From: Octopus vulgaris
Lineage: Eukaryota
Direction: 5' to 3'
NCBI GenBank assembly: GCA_951406725.2
Contig: CATOCA020000001.1
Coordinates: forward strand, 806,001 to 870,000
Length of the DNA: 64,000 nt
Program-made: the position numbers and the translations under genes
Notes under the pieces: generated by a model
Seen by the model: only the letters and a program-made list of their open reading frames with translations
Database searches by the model: none
What the model was told of the DNA's origin: nothing
Shown here: positions 13,782 to 25,686 of the stretch, in pieces
Numbering within the stretch: the first letter of the stretch is position 1
Layout: each line of letters starts with the position of its first letter

Positions 13782-14419
13782 CTAGCAGTATCGCCCGGCG
13801 TTGCTCGGGTTTGTAAGGGAAATAACTATATAAGCATTTTTAGAGAGTTATAGCCAAAAAATAGCAAAAAATGCATTAAAAATGGAAAAAATATGATGGT
13901 AAATTTTTTTTTAAATCATTGACTCATCGTAGACATTTTTAGAGAGTTACTTCCCTTATATAATAGCGAAAAAATGCATTAAAATGGAAAAAAAACGATG
14001 GTAATTTTTTTTTTTAAATCGTAGACTCATGTAGACGCTTTCTTAGCCATTTCTGTTTTGGTGTCTTCAAGCCATGAAGTCGTTGTTCTAAAAGAACACT
14101 GGTCTCCTTGACAACGCATTACGACGTTGATTTCCTTACACTCCCTTCCCCACAGGTGCAGGTGTGAGCGTGGACGCCAACTCCGCCGCCATCGACACAC
14201 GAAAAATTATGCATTAAAATGGAATAAAAAATGATGTTAAATTGTTTTTAAAATCGTAGACTCATCGTAGACGCGCGCTAATATTCAGACGGGCTCGATA
14301 TGAATCACGACTATAAGCTACCCGAATTTGGTTAAACTGCACCGCAGAATGTGGGAGTAGTTAGGAATCTAAATCGAAGGGGACAGACACTCACACAACT
14401 ACAGTTTTATATATATAGA
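13782..14419 (-). mobile_element. Non-autonomous Helitron
   Basis: On - strand: A|TC start, subterminal hairpin CCCGAGCAACGCCGGG, CTAG|T end, no TSD; internal tandem duplications. Confidence 0.8.
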
Positions 14420-14469
14420 TATACATAGCGCAGTAGTGGTGAGATGTGACAGCAAAGAAAAGCATACAT

Positions 14470-14790
14470 TCACTCTCTGCATGCAGTTAGACTTGGAAAG
14501 TTCGTGAGGAACCCATTGACCCAATTTGCTGACTTTTCCGATAGCAGACAGGTCTCAATGAATGGTTGAATGACCAAATCCAAGCTTCTCTGCTAGTTCC
14601 TCAACAGTTACGATGAGATTTTGTTCCACCAGGGTTTTCAGGATGTCCTTGTCGAGTTCTACAGATCTTTCAGGATGAGGCTCGTCTTCTAGGCTGTAGC
14701 TTATGGCTCGGAATTTCTGGAACCACCATTGACACTGCCTTACGCTTATTGTCCAATCCCCATATACTGCATTAATATTTCTTGTACTTT
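14470..14790 (-). mobile_element. Mariner transposase N-terminal HTH remnant
   Basis: INAVYGDWTISVRQCQWWFQKFR...LEDEP...TVEELAEKLGFGHSTIH. Confidence 0.8.
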
Positions 14791-15689
14791 GCACACATTT
14801 ATATTCTGTTATTCTTTTATATGTTTCAACCTTGAGGTTGTGGCCATGCTGGATCATGTGTGTGTGTGTGTGTGTGTGTGTCTATCTGTCTGTCTGTCTG
14901 TATGTATATGTATATGTATGTGTGTGAACAATAATATTTTCAACAGATGTGTTGCAAATGTATCTGATTGTTCTCAAGCTTCAATACTGTGTGTGTGTGT
15001 ATGTGTGTGTGTATGTATGTATGTATATGTATGTATGTATATGTATGTATGTATGTGTGTATGTATGTATGTGTGTGTGTATGTATGTGTGTGTGTATGT
15101 GTATGTGTGTGTATGTATGTATGTATGTATGTATGTATGTATGAGTGTATGTTTACTTTATTACTAACACAAGCTCTCGCTATTTACTCTCTTCCAAGAA
15201 CATTTTCACTCACTCTTAGCTCTTAGCTTCCCATACATTTTACTCATGTATCTATCAGCGTCATAGACAGAATACTTTCAGTTTAGTCTTCCTCAAATCA
15301 CTCTGTCGCTATTTACTTTCATTTTATTCGTTGCCCACTGTGTGTGTGCGTTTGCGTGTGGTGTAAACCAGACTAAGAAAAGCATTTGACACACAGACCA
15401 GAATGTGAGTTTTCTGTAAATTTTGCTTAATTGGAGTTTAAATTTTAAAAACTGGACCTGGCATGACGCGATGCATTGTACTCTTAAAAATGCTAGGTAA
15501 ATTGTAATTGAAGAAATGCTATATTGTAGATTTCTATAACTCCCAAAGGGAGGCAGATAAAATCTGCCTTTTATAATAAGAGATAAGTACTCCACTGAGA
15601 AAGCGAGGAGTAGACGAGTGATTGTGAAAGCTGCACAGGCCATGTGTAGAGTTTATGTCAGTAAGATGAGAGTTAACAATGAGTATAGT

Positions 15690-16340
15690 TATGAATTTAG
15701 TATTCTGGTAGGCGTTCATCAGGGTTAGGCTCTCAGTCCCCACCTATTCCTCGTTGTCCTCCAGGCTATAAAAGAAATTTGAGACCAACAGCCCCTGGGA
15801 ACTGCTAAACCCTGATGATCTTACTGTCATGGAAGATTCTGTAACAGAATTAGAAAAGAAATTCTAGTTGGAATAAAAGGGTCTCAAATTTAAGTTTCAT
15901 GTAACCAAACACACAGACAGGGTCCTAATTCCATCGTAAATGTAGACAGGAATTGCGTGCGATGAACCCTGTGTAAGTTATGGACACACATGAGGTGCAG
16001 AAAGATAATATAAAGTTTAGAAGAGAAAGTAGTTCTGGTATGTGGAAGATGCACAGGAATCATAAAAACTACAAATACACAGGAAATCGATTTTCTCATA
16101 CGCACCCGGAAGCCCTTTAGAGCTAGTGAATAATTTCTGCTACCTAAGGGGCACAATTAGCAATGGGGGATGATGTATGGAAAGTGTAATTGCTAGAATA
16201 AGAATAGGATAGTGAAAATTCAGACGGACTTTACCTCTTGGCAACCAAAAGTTTCTCTCGCCGGGTGAAAGGACGATTCTACGATGTATATATACAAACA
16301 GCAATGCTATACGCTAGAGAGACCTGAGACATGCAAAGGT
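15690..16340 (+). mobile_element. Decayed RTE-like LINE fragment
   Basis: GVHQG.ALSP, WELL..DDL and CHC-like segments; similar to 18950-20240(-). Confidence 0.65.
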
Positions 16341-16376
16341 GGGGGGAATCAAGCCAGTATATATGTATGTATATAC

Positions 16377-16432
<56 letters not shown>

Positions 16433-16441
16433 ATATATATG

Positions 16442-16469
<28 letters not shown>

Positions 16470-16472
<3 letters not shown>

Positions 16473-16713
16473 CTGTAAAATAATATGTGACAATTATCCA
16501 ATAGCCAAGATATAACGCTTAGATTCGGATGCCGATGGAGAAATCCACAACACCATTTCTTCGGTTATCTGAAATGACAGAAACATATAAATAACATAGA
16601 ATATAGATGGCCAGATAACCGAAGAGATGGTGTTGTGCATTTCCACCACGGCATCTGAAACTCAGAGTTTTATCTTGGCTATTGAATAATTGTTACATAT
16701 TATTTTACAGATA
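16470..16713. repeat. Inverted repeat (about 100-bp arms, about 40-nt spacer) beside (TA)n
   Basis: atctgtaaaataatatgt...ggttatctg / cagataacc...acatattattttacagata. Confidence 0.85.
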
Positions 16714-16775
16714 AATTTCCTCTATTTACATAATATTGAGGTTTCTTTCTTTCTTTTGTTATCTTACCGTTTTTA

Positions 16776-16806
<31 letters not shown>

Positions 16807-16996
16807 CATATATATTTATTATATATATGCATATACATACATATTCATACATATACATATGTATGCATGTATACGTGAAACTCAGAGTAGCAAGTTTTGT
16901 TGAATTTTCTGCTGCTTTAAATAAACCATATTACTCTAACACTGGTATTTGAGTACTCTTTTTTCCACCTTGTTTCACATTTATGTGTTTACTCCG

Positions 16997-17068
<72 letters not shown>

Positions 17069-17145
17069 CATATACACATACATACATATACATATACATA
17101 CATATACATATCCATATATATATATATATCTATATATACTATGTA

Positions 17146-17209
<64 letters not shown>

Positions 17210-17475
17210 CATGTACCTATATTTATATATGTTATTTTATATTTATATATGTTATTCGTTTTTACACTTTTTTCCTCATGCTGCTTTGCTAGCAGGGGTT
17301 AGATGGATACATCATTAAGGCATAGTTTGCAGTTTGATCCCTTCCAAACATGAACCTTTATCTGGTGCTCAAGTAAGGGATCACTTCTGTCAAATGTCCT
17401 TTTGCTTATAATGAAGATAATAAGAACATTATTATTCTGAGCTGGATAATTTTCAGAGATACAAAACGTAAACAA

Positions 17476-17544
<69 letters not shown>

Positions 17545-18519
17545 AGTCAGGTATAAACACAGGTACGTGTGTGTGTGTGTGTGTGTGTGCCTATATACCC
17601 TTGCCCAGTGTGCCACGCCTTGGCACTGAACTAAAAACTACCTACGATACATCTGTAATACATATACTCACATATATACATACGTGTGTGTATGTGTGAA
17701 AATTTATGAAACAATTATCCATCTTATATTAATAGCTTTAAAGATATATTTTATAAAACTCTATAGTGTCACTTGTTGGTGTTGTGGTTCAGACTAGAAT
17801 CGAAAGAGATGAGATCAAATCAAAGATGAATCCTGAAAGGTTTATTGCACATGAACCATTTTCTATCGATTCTTTTATTAATTTCTCCAAATTTCTCTTC
17901 TTTTATGGTATCAATATCTTTTTTTATTCCTTTCTTGTGTTCTTTCTATATTTCTGTCATGTCACGAATGATCTAGAAGACGGATGACCTTAAGAATAAA
18001 TAATCTTTCCTTGTCTTCCAAATTTCATGCTTTTATATTTGTCTCAAGATTTGGCACAAGGCCAGGAATTCGGAGGAAGGGGGTCAAGTCGATTACCTCG
18101 ACCCCAGTACATGACTGGTACTTATTTCCCCCAAAATTATGCAAGGCAAAGTGAAGCCTGACAGCATTTGATCCCAGAATGTAAAGTCGGAGGAAATGCC
18201 ATTAAGCATTTTGTCCGGCAGCCTAAGAATTCTATCAACTCAAGCTTTAATATTGTTGTAAATCTTGTGTCTTACTTCAAGGATTAAGTATTTTGTATCT
18301 TAATCCGTTCTATGAATAAATAAATTATTATCTCATACTATGTGATGGATCCTTCATTATAAAATATATTTTAATAACATAATATTCTTGGTAATTAAAA
18401 TATTTATTGATCTCATCTTCTGATATGTTGAGCAAACTTCATTCTTTGATGATGCTTTCTGATACTGACTAACATGAAGAAATAACCGAAAAGCATATGC
18501 GTCATCATCACCTTCATCA

Positions 18520-20235
18520 TCATCGTCGTCGTTGTCGTTTAACGTCTGCTTTCCCAGCTGGCATGGGTTGGTCGATTTAACTGGGGACTGACAAGTCAGG
18601 AGGCTGCACCGGGCTCCAATCAGATCTAGCAAGGTGTCTACAGCTGGATACCCTTCATAATCCCAACCAGTCCCAGAGTATAGTGGGTGCCTTCTACGTA
18701 CCACCGGAACAGGAGCCAGTCTGGAGTACTGGTATCGACCTATCAATTTTGTATGGTGCTTTTTACGTGCCACCGGTACAGAGAGTCGATCAGGCTGCAC
18801 TGGCATTGATCCACGTTCGAATGGTGCTTATTACGTTCCACCAGCAAGGGTACCAGTCAGGCGGCATTGGTCATGACTATAATTTCGATTTCACTTGACT
18901 CAACAGGTCTTCTCAGGCACATCACATGTCCCGACGATTAAAGGATACTTTTAAATGAGCCGGTTATGCAAAGTAGGCATCAGCCACAGCCGCGATCTCA
19001 CTTTACTTGCCGGGTCCTCTCAATCACACCATAACTCCAAAGGCCTTGGTCGTTTTTCATTGCCTCTGTGAAGCCCAACGTACGAAGGTCGTGCTTCACC
19101 ACCTCATGTCATGTCTTCCTGGGTCTGCCACTTCCACAGGTTCCTTCCACTATTAGGATGTTACACTTCTTCATACAGCTGTCTTCATCAATACCCATAA
19201 CATAACCATACCGGTGCGGTTGTCTCGTTGCACACCACATCTGATGCTTCTTAAGTCCAACGTTTCTCTCACGGTGCTTACACCCTGTCGTGTATGCACA
19301 CCGATATTACACATCCAGCGGACCGCACTAGCTTCACTTCCTTCAAGCCTACTCATGTCCTCAGCAGTCATGGCCTATGTTTCACTGTCGTGCAGCATGG
19401 GTGTTCGTACACATGCATCATACAGTCTCTCTTCCATTCTGAGTGACAGGCCCTTTGTTACCGGCAGAGCTAGGAGCTTTCTGAACTTTGCCCACGCTAT
19501 TCTTATTCTAGCAACTACTCTCCCCGAGCAACTACAGATTTGGTCGCCTAGGTAGTGGAAGCTATCAACTACTTCTAGTTTTTCCCCTGACATGTGATCG
19601 AATCTGTTCTCCGTATTTCTTCGGTGTTTTGTTGGCCCTGTGCATCTGCCACACAAACACTATCTTCCTAGTTAACCTCCAGTTGACATTGCTTCACCTC
19701 ATATGTGAGTGTAGCTTACACCGGGTACATCTTAAGGAGTTTCTACCGACACCTTTTCTACAGATCAAGTAGGGCCATCTATCTGTAGAGGTTCATGATT
19801 TGTCTGCCTTTATACTTATTAGGACTTTGGTTTTTCTTAGCTTGACTCTACGCCCGTAGATTCTAGACCTTGCTTCCACACCTGAAACTTCATCTCTAGT
19901 CCTGGTAGCAACTCAGCTATTAGAGCAAGGTCATCTACATAGACGATCTCCAGGATCAGTCTCTCTTGACTTCCTCAGTTATTGCTTGGAGGACTACGAT
20001 GAATCAGAGGGAGATGAGGACTGATCCTTGGTTAACCCCTGCTTCTACCCGGAATTCTTCACTATACTCGTTGCCAACCCTCACCATATCGACAGCATCT
20101 CTGTACAGGTTTTGTACAGCTATCGCCAAGCACTCGTCTATCCCTAGGTTTTTCATTGACCGCCAGATAAGGAAGTGGGGGACTCTTTCAAAGGGATTCT
20201 CGAAATTAACAAAAGCCAAGTACAGAGGTTTATGT
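18520..20235 (-). mobile_element. Decayed RTE-like LINE (RT to 3' tail)
   Basis: AFVNFENPFERVP, GVNQGSVLISL, LEVVDSFHYLGD, ARIRIAWAKF, VRWMC; (gat)n tail near 18500-18540. Confidence 0.85.
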
Positions 20236-20863
20236 ATGTTGAAAATATCGAACCACAGTGTTGGTCACAGAATAGAAAATGATATCGAAATTGATAAAGA
20301 ATTTGGTTGTTTATGACTGTTTCCATCACTTCTGAGTTGTTGGAATGTGTTGTTGAATAGCTCCAGGTAAGTTCTCATTAAACCCACCTCTGGCCCATAA
20401 TCAGTGAGTTGAATAACAAGGTATTATCCATAGGCCCTCAGCTCAAAGGGTACTGTATTTACACCTCTCTGAGGAATGATCTATAGCGCAAGGTATACAT
20501 TGTCTCCACTTAGCTGAGGTATGATCCACAAACCCAAGCCCAACATGAACAGTATCTCCACCTGGCTGACCAACAGACTGTACATTCCAATATTCAGCGT
20601 TTACTTGTCACCAATCAGACTGTAATAAGCAGAGTAATGTAGCTGACCAAGAGACTCAACACAATGACTGTTGTTAGGTTTATTAGTGCCAGGAAGAACA
20701 TCCAGATGTAAATAATACTTTAGATAAATTGAAGTTTCTAATTTTTGTAATATTTTATGAGAAATGTGAGAAACACAGTCTTCTTTATATTGTTGTTTAC
20801 CTCATTTTATAAGGTTTTGAAACTTTTGATTTCTTTCTTTTTCTAGCATATTTCCTTTAAAAG

Positions 20864-20947
20864 ATGGAATTCGATGAGAATATAAGTAAACTTTTGCTTA
20901 GTGACACTCAATATATTAAAGAATATATTGAACAAAATTCACGTAAA
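20864..20947 (+). CDS. Gene A coding exon 1 ([28 protein letters not shown])
   Basis: ATG at 20864, donor gtaagt at 20948. The acceptor ttctag at 20846 implies an upstream UTR exon. There is an 84-nt homolog at 59950-60033(-). Confidence 0.8.
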
Positions 20948-23900
20948 GTAAGTTGTTCTGTTGATTACCTTCTCAAAGTTGATTGTTATTTTATACACAC
21001 CTGTGTTCCTAACGAACCACATATATTTGTCCATGATATTTCATTCCTTCCTTCACCCCCACCTTCTAATTCTCATTATCATTAGAGTTTATGAAAATTC
21101 AACCCAATCATGAAGCATGTCAGAGTTGATGGAATGTGAGTGAGGGAGAAGCCTGTCATCACACACTGCAACGGAGTATTCTGGCAGGAAATATTCAGTC
21201 CAAGAGATGAGAGACAGATGAAGCCAGTAGATGGATGGTGACTTTGTCATGACGTTCTCTTGGCATACACAGTTGAAAGTTCTTTTGGACGTCAGGAGTT
21301 ATACCAATTCTTTGTTCAGCCAAATGTATGAAAACATCAATTCCTTGATGAGTCTTAGATCAATCCCCACTACACACTCTCTTCACTTTTTTTCCATAAT
21401 CTAGACACAATCCTTTGCTACAACACTGAGAGGAAGAGATTATAAATATATGAGATTGTGTATTATCGACAAACTCACATGTATATGTATCTATCTATAC
21501 CTGTGAGTGTACCTGTCTATAAATACAATACAAATCTCATTTAATTACTCACCCATAGAAACGCATCATTCCTCCTGTGTATGACTCGAATACTTTATCT
21601 TCTGTTTCTGAGAATTGTGTAAGGCTTCTACCTTTCCTTTCCTAGCCACAAATTTTAGATTCATTATTGTTATTTCTTTTCAGATAAATCAACAAAATAG
21701 AGATGGTGACACACTACTACATATGGCCTGTGCTCTCGGACACACAGAAATTGCTGAACATCTGTTGCAGCAGCCTGACATTGATGTAAATGCTCCGAAT
21801 AACGATCTGTACACACCACTACACCTGGCCTATGTCAAGGGACACGAAGAGACAGCTAAACATCTACTGCAGCACTCTGATATTGATGTAAATGCTAAGG
21901 ATAGCGATCAGTGCACACCACTACACCCGGCCTGTGACAAGGGATACACGGAGACAGTTAAACATCTACTGCAGCAGTTTGTTATTAATGTAAATGCTAA
22001 GGATAGCGATCAGAACACACCACTACACCTGGCCTGTGTCAAGGGACACACGGAGACAGTTAAACATCTACTGCAGCAGATTGATATTAATGTAAATGCT
22101 AAGGATAACAATCAGTACACACCACTACACCGGGCCTGTGTCGAGGGACACACGGAGACAGTTAAACATCTACTGCAGCACTCTGATATTGATGTAAATG
22201 CCAAGGATAGCGGTCAGTACTCACCACTACACCGGGCCTGTGTCACGGGACACACAGAAACAGTTAAACATCTACTGAAGCACTCTGCTATTGATGTAAA
22301 TGCTAAGGATAGAAATCAGTACACACCACTACACAGGGCCTCTGTCGAGGGACACACGGAGACAGTTAAACATCTACTGCAGCACACTGATATTGATGTA
22401 AATGCTAAGGATAGCGATCAGTGCACACCACTACACCTGGCCTGTGTCAAGGGATACACGGAGACAGTTAAACATCTACTGCAGCAGTTTGTTATTAATG
22501 TAAATGCTAAGGATAGCGATCAGAACACACCATTACACCTGGCCTGTGTCAAGGGATACACGGAGACAGTTAAACATCTACTGCAGCACCCTGATATTGA
22601 TGTAAATGCTAAGGATAACAATCAGTACACACCACTACACCGGGCCTGTGTCGAGGGACACACAGAAACAGTTAAACAATTACTGAAGCACTCTGCTATT
22701 GATGTAAATGCTAAGGATAGAAATCAGAACACACCACTACACCTGGCCTGTGTCAGGGATACACGGAGACAGTTAAACATCTACTGCAGCACCCTGTTAT
22801 TGATGTAAATGCTAAGGATAGCGATCAGAACACACCACTACACCTGACCTGTGTCAAGGGACACACAGAAACAGCTCAACATCTACTGCAGCACCATGCT
22901 ATTGATGTAAATGCTAAGGATAGATGTCAGAACACACCCCTTCACTTGGCTTGTTGGGATCGACGCACGGAGACAGTTAAACATCTACTGCAGCACTCTG
23001 ATATTGATGTAAATGCTAAGGATAACAATCAGTACACACCACTTCACCGGGCCTCTGTCGAGGGACACACGGAGACAGTTAAACATCTACTGCAGCACAC
23101 TGATATTGATGTAAAGGCTAGGGATGACTATGGGGCCACACCACTACACCGGGCCTGTGTCAAGGGACACACGGAGACAGTTAAACATCTACTGCAGCAC
23201 TCTGATATTGAGGTAAATTCTAAAGATAGCAATCAGTACACACCACTACACTGGGCCTGTGTCGAGGGATACACGGAGACAGTTAAACATCTACTGCAAC
23301 ACTCTGATATTAAGGTAAATGCTAAGGACAACTATTGGGTCACACCCCTACACTGGGCTTGCCTCAGGGGACACACGGAGACAGTTAAACATCTACTGCA
23401 GCACTCTGATATTAATGTGAATGCTAAGAAGAACGATAAGTACACACCACTACACCTGGCTTGGGACGAGGGATACACGGAGACAGTTAAACATCTACTG
23501 CAGCACTCTGATATTAATGCAAATGCTATGGCGACCAATCAGGGTCACAGCCCTACACTGGGCTTGTCTCAGGGGACACACGGAGACAGTTAAGCATCTA
23601 CTGCAGCATTCTGATATTGATGTAAATGCTAAGGATAGCAATCAGGACACACCACTACACCGGGCAAGGGGCATGGGACACACGGAGATAGTTAATCTCT
23701 TACTGCATCACTCTGATAATGAAGTAAATGTTGAGGATTGTGATCAGTGCACAGAACTACAATGGGCCTGTGGCATGGGATACACGGAAACAGTTAAACA
23801 TCTACTGCAGCACTCTGATATTGATGTAAATGCTAAGGACAATAAACAGTACACACCACTACACCGGGCCTGTGTCAAGGGACACACGGAGACAGTTAAA

Positions 23901-24947
23901 CATCTACTGCAGCACTCTGATATTAATGTAAATGCTAAGGATAGAGATCAGTGCACACCACTCCACCAGGCCTGTGACGAGGGACACACAGATACAGTTA
24001 AGCATCTACTGCAGCACTCTGATATTGACGTAAATGTTGTGAATAAAAAAGGGCACACACCACTCCACCAGGCCTGTGCCGAGGGACACACGGAGACAGT
24101 TAAGCATCTACTGCAGCTCTCTGCTATTGATGTAAATGCTGTGAATAAAAAAGGGCACACACCACTCCACCAGGCCTGTGCCGAGGGACACACGGAGACA
24201 GTTAAGCATCTACTGCAGCACTCTGATATTGATTTAAATGCTAAAGATAACGATCAGTGCACACCCCTCCACCAGGCCTGTGCCGAGGGACACACAGATA
24301 CAGTTAAGCATCTACTGCAGCTCTCTGCTATTGATGTAAATGCTGTGAATAAAAAAGGGCACACACCACTCCACCAGGCCTGTGCCGAGGGACTCACGGA
24401 GACAGTTAAGCATCTACTGCAGCACTCTGCTATTGATGTAAATGCTAAGGATAGCAATCAGCACACACCACTCCACCAGGCCTGTAACAAGGGACACACA
24501 GATACAGTTAAGCATTTACTGAAGCACCCTGCTATTGATGTAAACACTGAGGCTACCAATGGGTACACACCACTCCACCAGGCCTGGGACAAGGGACACA
24601 CGGATACAGTTAATCTCTTGCTGCAGCATCCGAGCATTGATTACTATAAAAGAGATAAATCTGGTAACACACTACTCCATCAGGCAGTTCTAAGGTGAGT
24701 CAGCATCATGAGTCATCCTTCTTCTTCTTTCTCTCTCTTACTGTAATGACACTACCATCTACTTTATTCAGTAATCACCGCCATATTTATTGTTATTGTT
24801 GTTCTTGCTGTTGTTGTTGTAGTTGTTTTTGTTGTTGTTGTTGTTGTCCCTGACTAGATCTTTCACTTCATCTCATTCTCCATTACCACAACATCACATG
24901 TTCAAATCCTCTCTCTTACTTTTACTCCACATAAAACACCATACTTC

Positions 24948-24984
<37 letters not shown>

Positions 24985-25626
24985 TCTCTCTCTTCCTGTC
25001 TTGTAATGTCCCTCTTTCCTCTGACCCAGGGTTAAATACAGAATCATCCCCTACAAGTATTTACTGTTTATGTTCCAAGCTGAAATAATTCCAGAGTCGA
25101 TATAATCTATACCAGTAATATCTCAGGGTTCATTTAATATCAAACAGTAATATTCAAGGATTCTAACCTCTTCCTGTTTCTGGATACTGCTGGATACAAT
25201 ACCTTGTGTTATTTATTTACGACCCTTTGTATCCTGAGTTCAAATCCTGCTGAGGTCAACTTGTTGTTCGTTGTACCATAGAACACATTGTGGTGTTTAT
25301 TCAGATGTATATATATATGATTAATCAACTGGTTAGAGTGTATATATCGATTATATTTATGTGTGTCTATATAATTATTGATGTAAACAGGTTGTAGGTA
25401 GCTCATTAAATCTGTTTTCATTAATTAAATACCTAACAAATATTAATTATCTCAACCTCTATGATTTTCTTATTTTTTAATATTTTTCTTTCTTCTTTGA
25501 ATAACTTTCAGACAAAGCTATGATGTAGTCGCATTGATGTTATCCCAGGTTAGTTTTTTAATGACTAGATTATACGAAATGTGTACAAGATTATTATGAA
25601 ATTAACACAAATATATCACAAAAAAT

Positions 25627-25686
<60 letters not shown>

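Noticed and set aside
23332-24457. Antisense ORFs over the ankyrin array
   Set aside because: By-products of the repeated sense-strand codon pattern.
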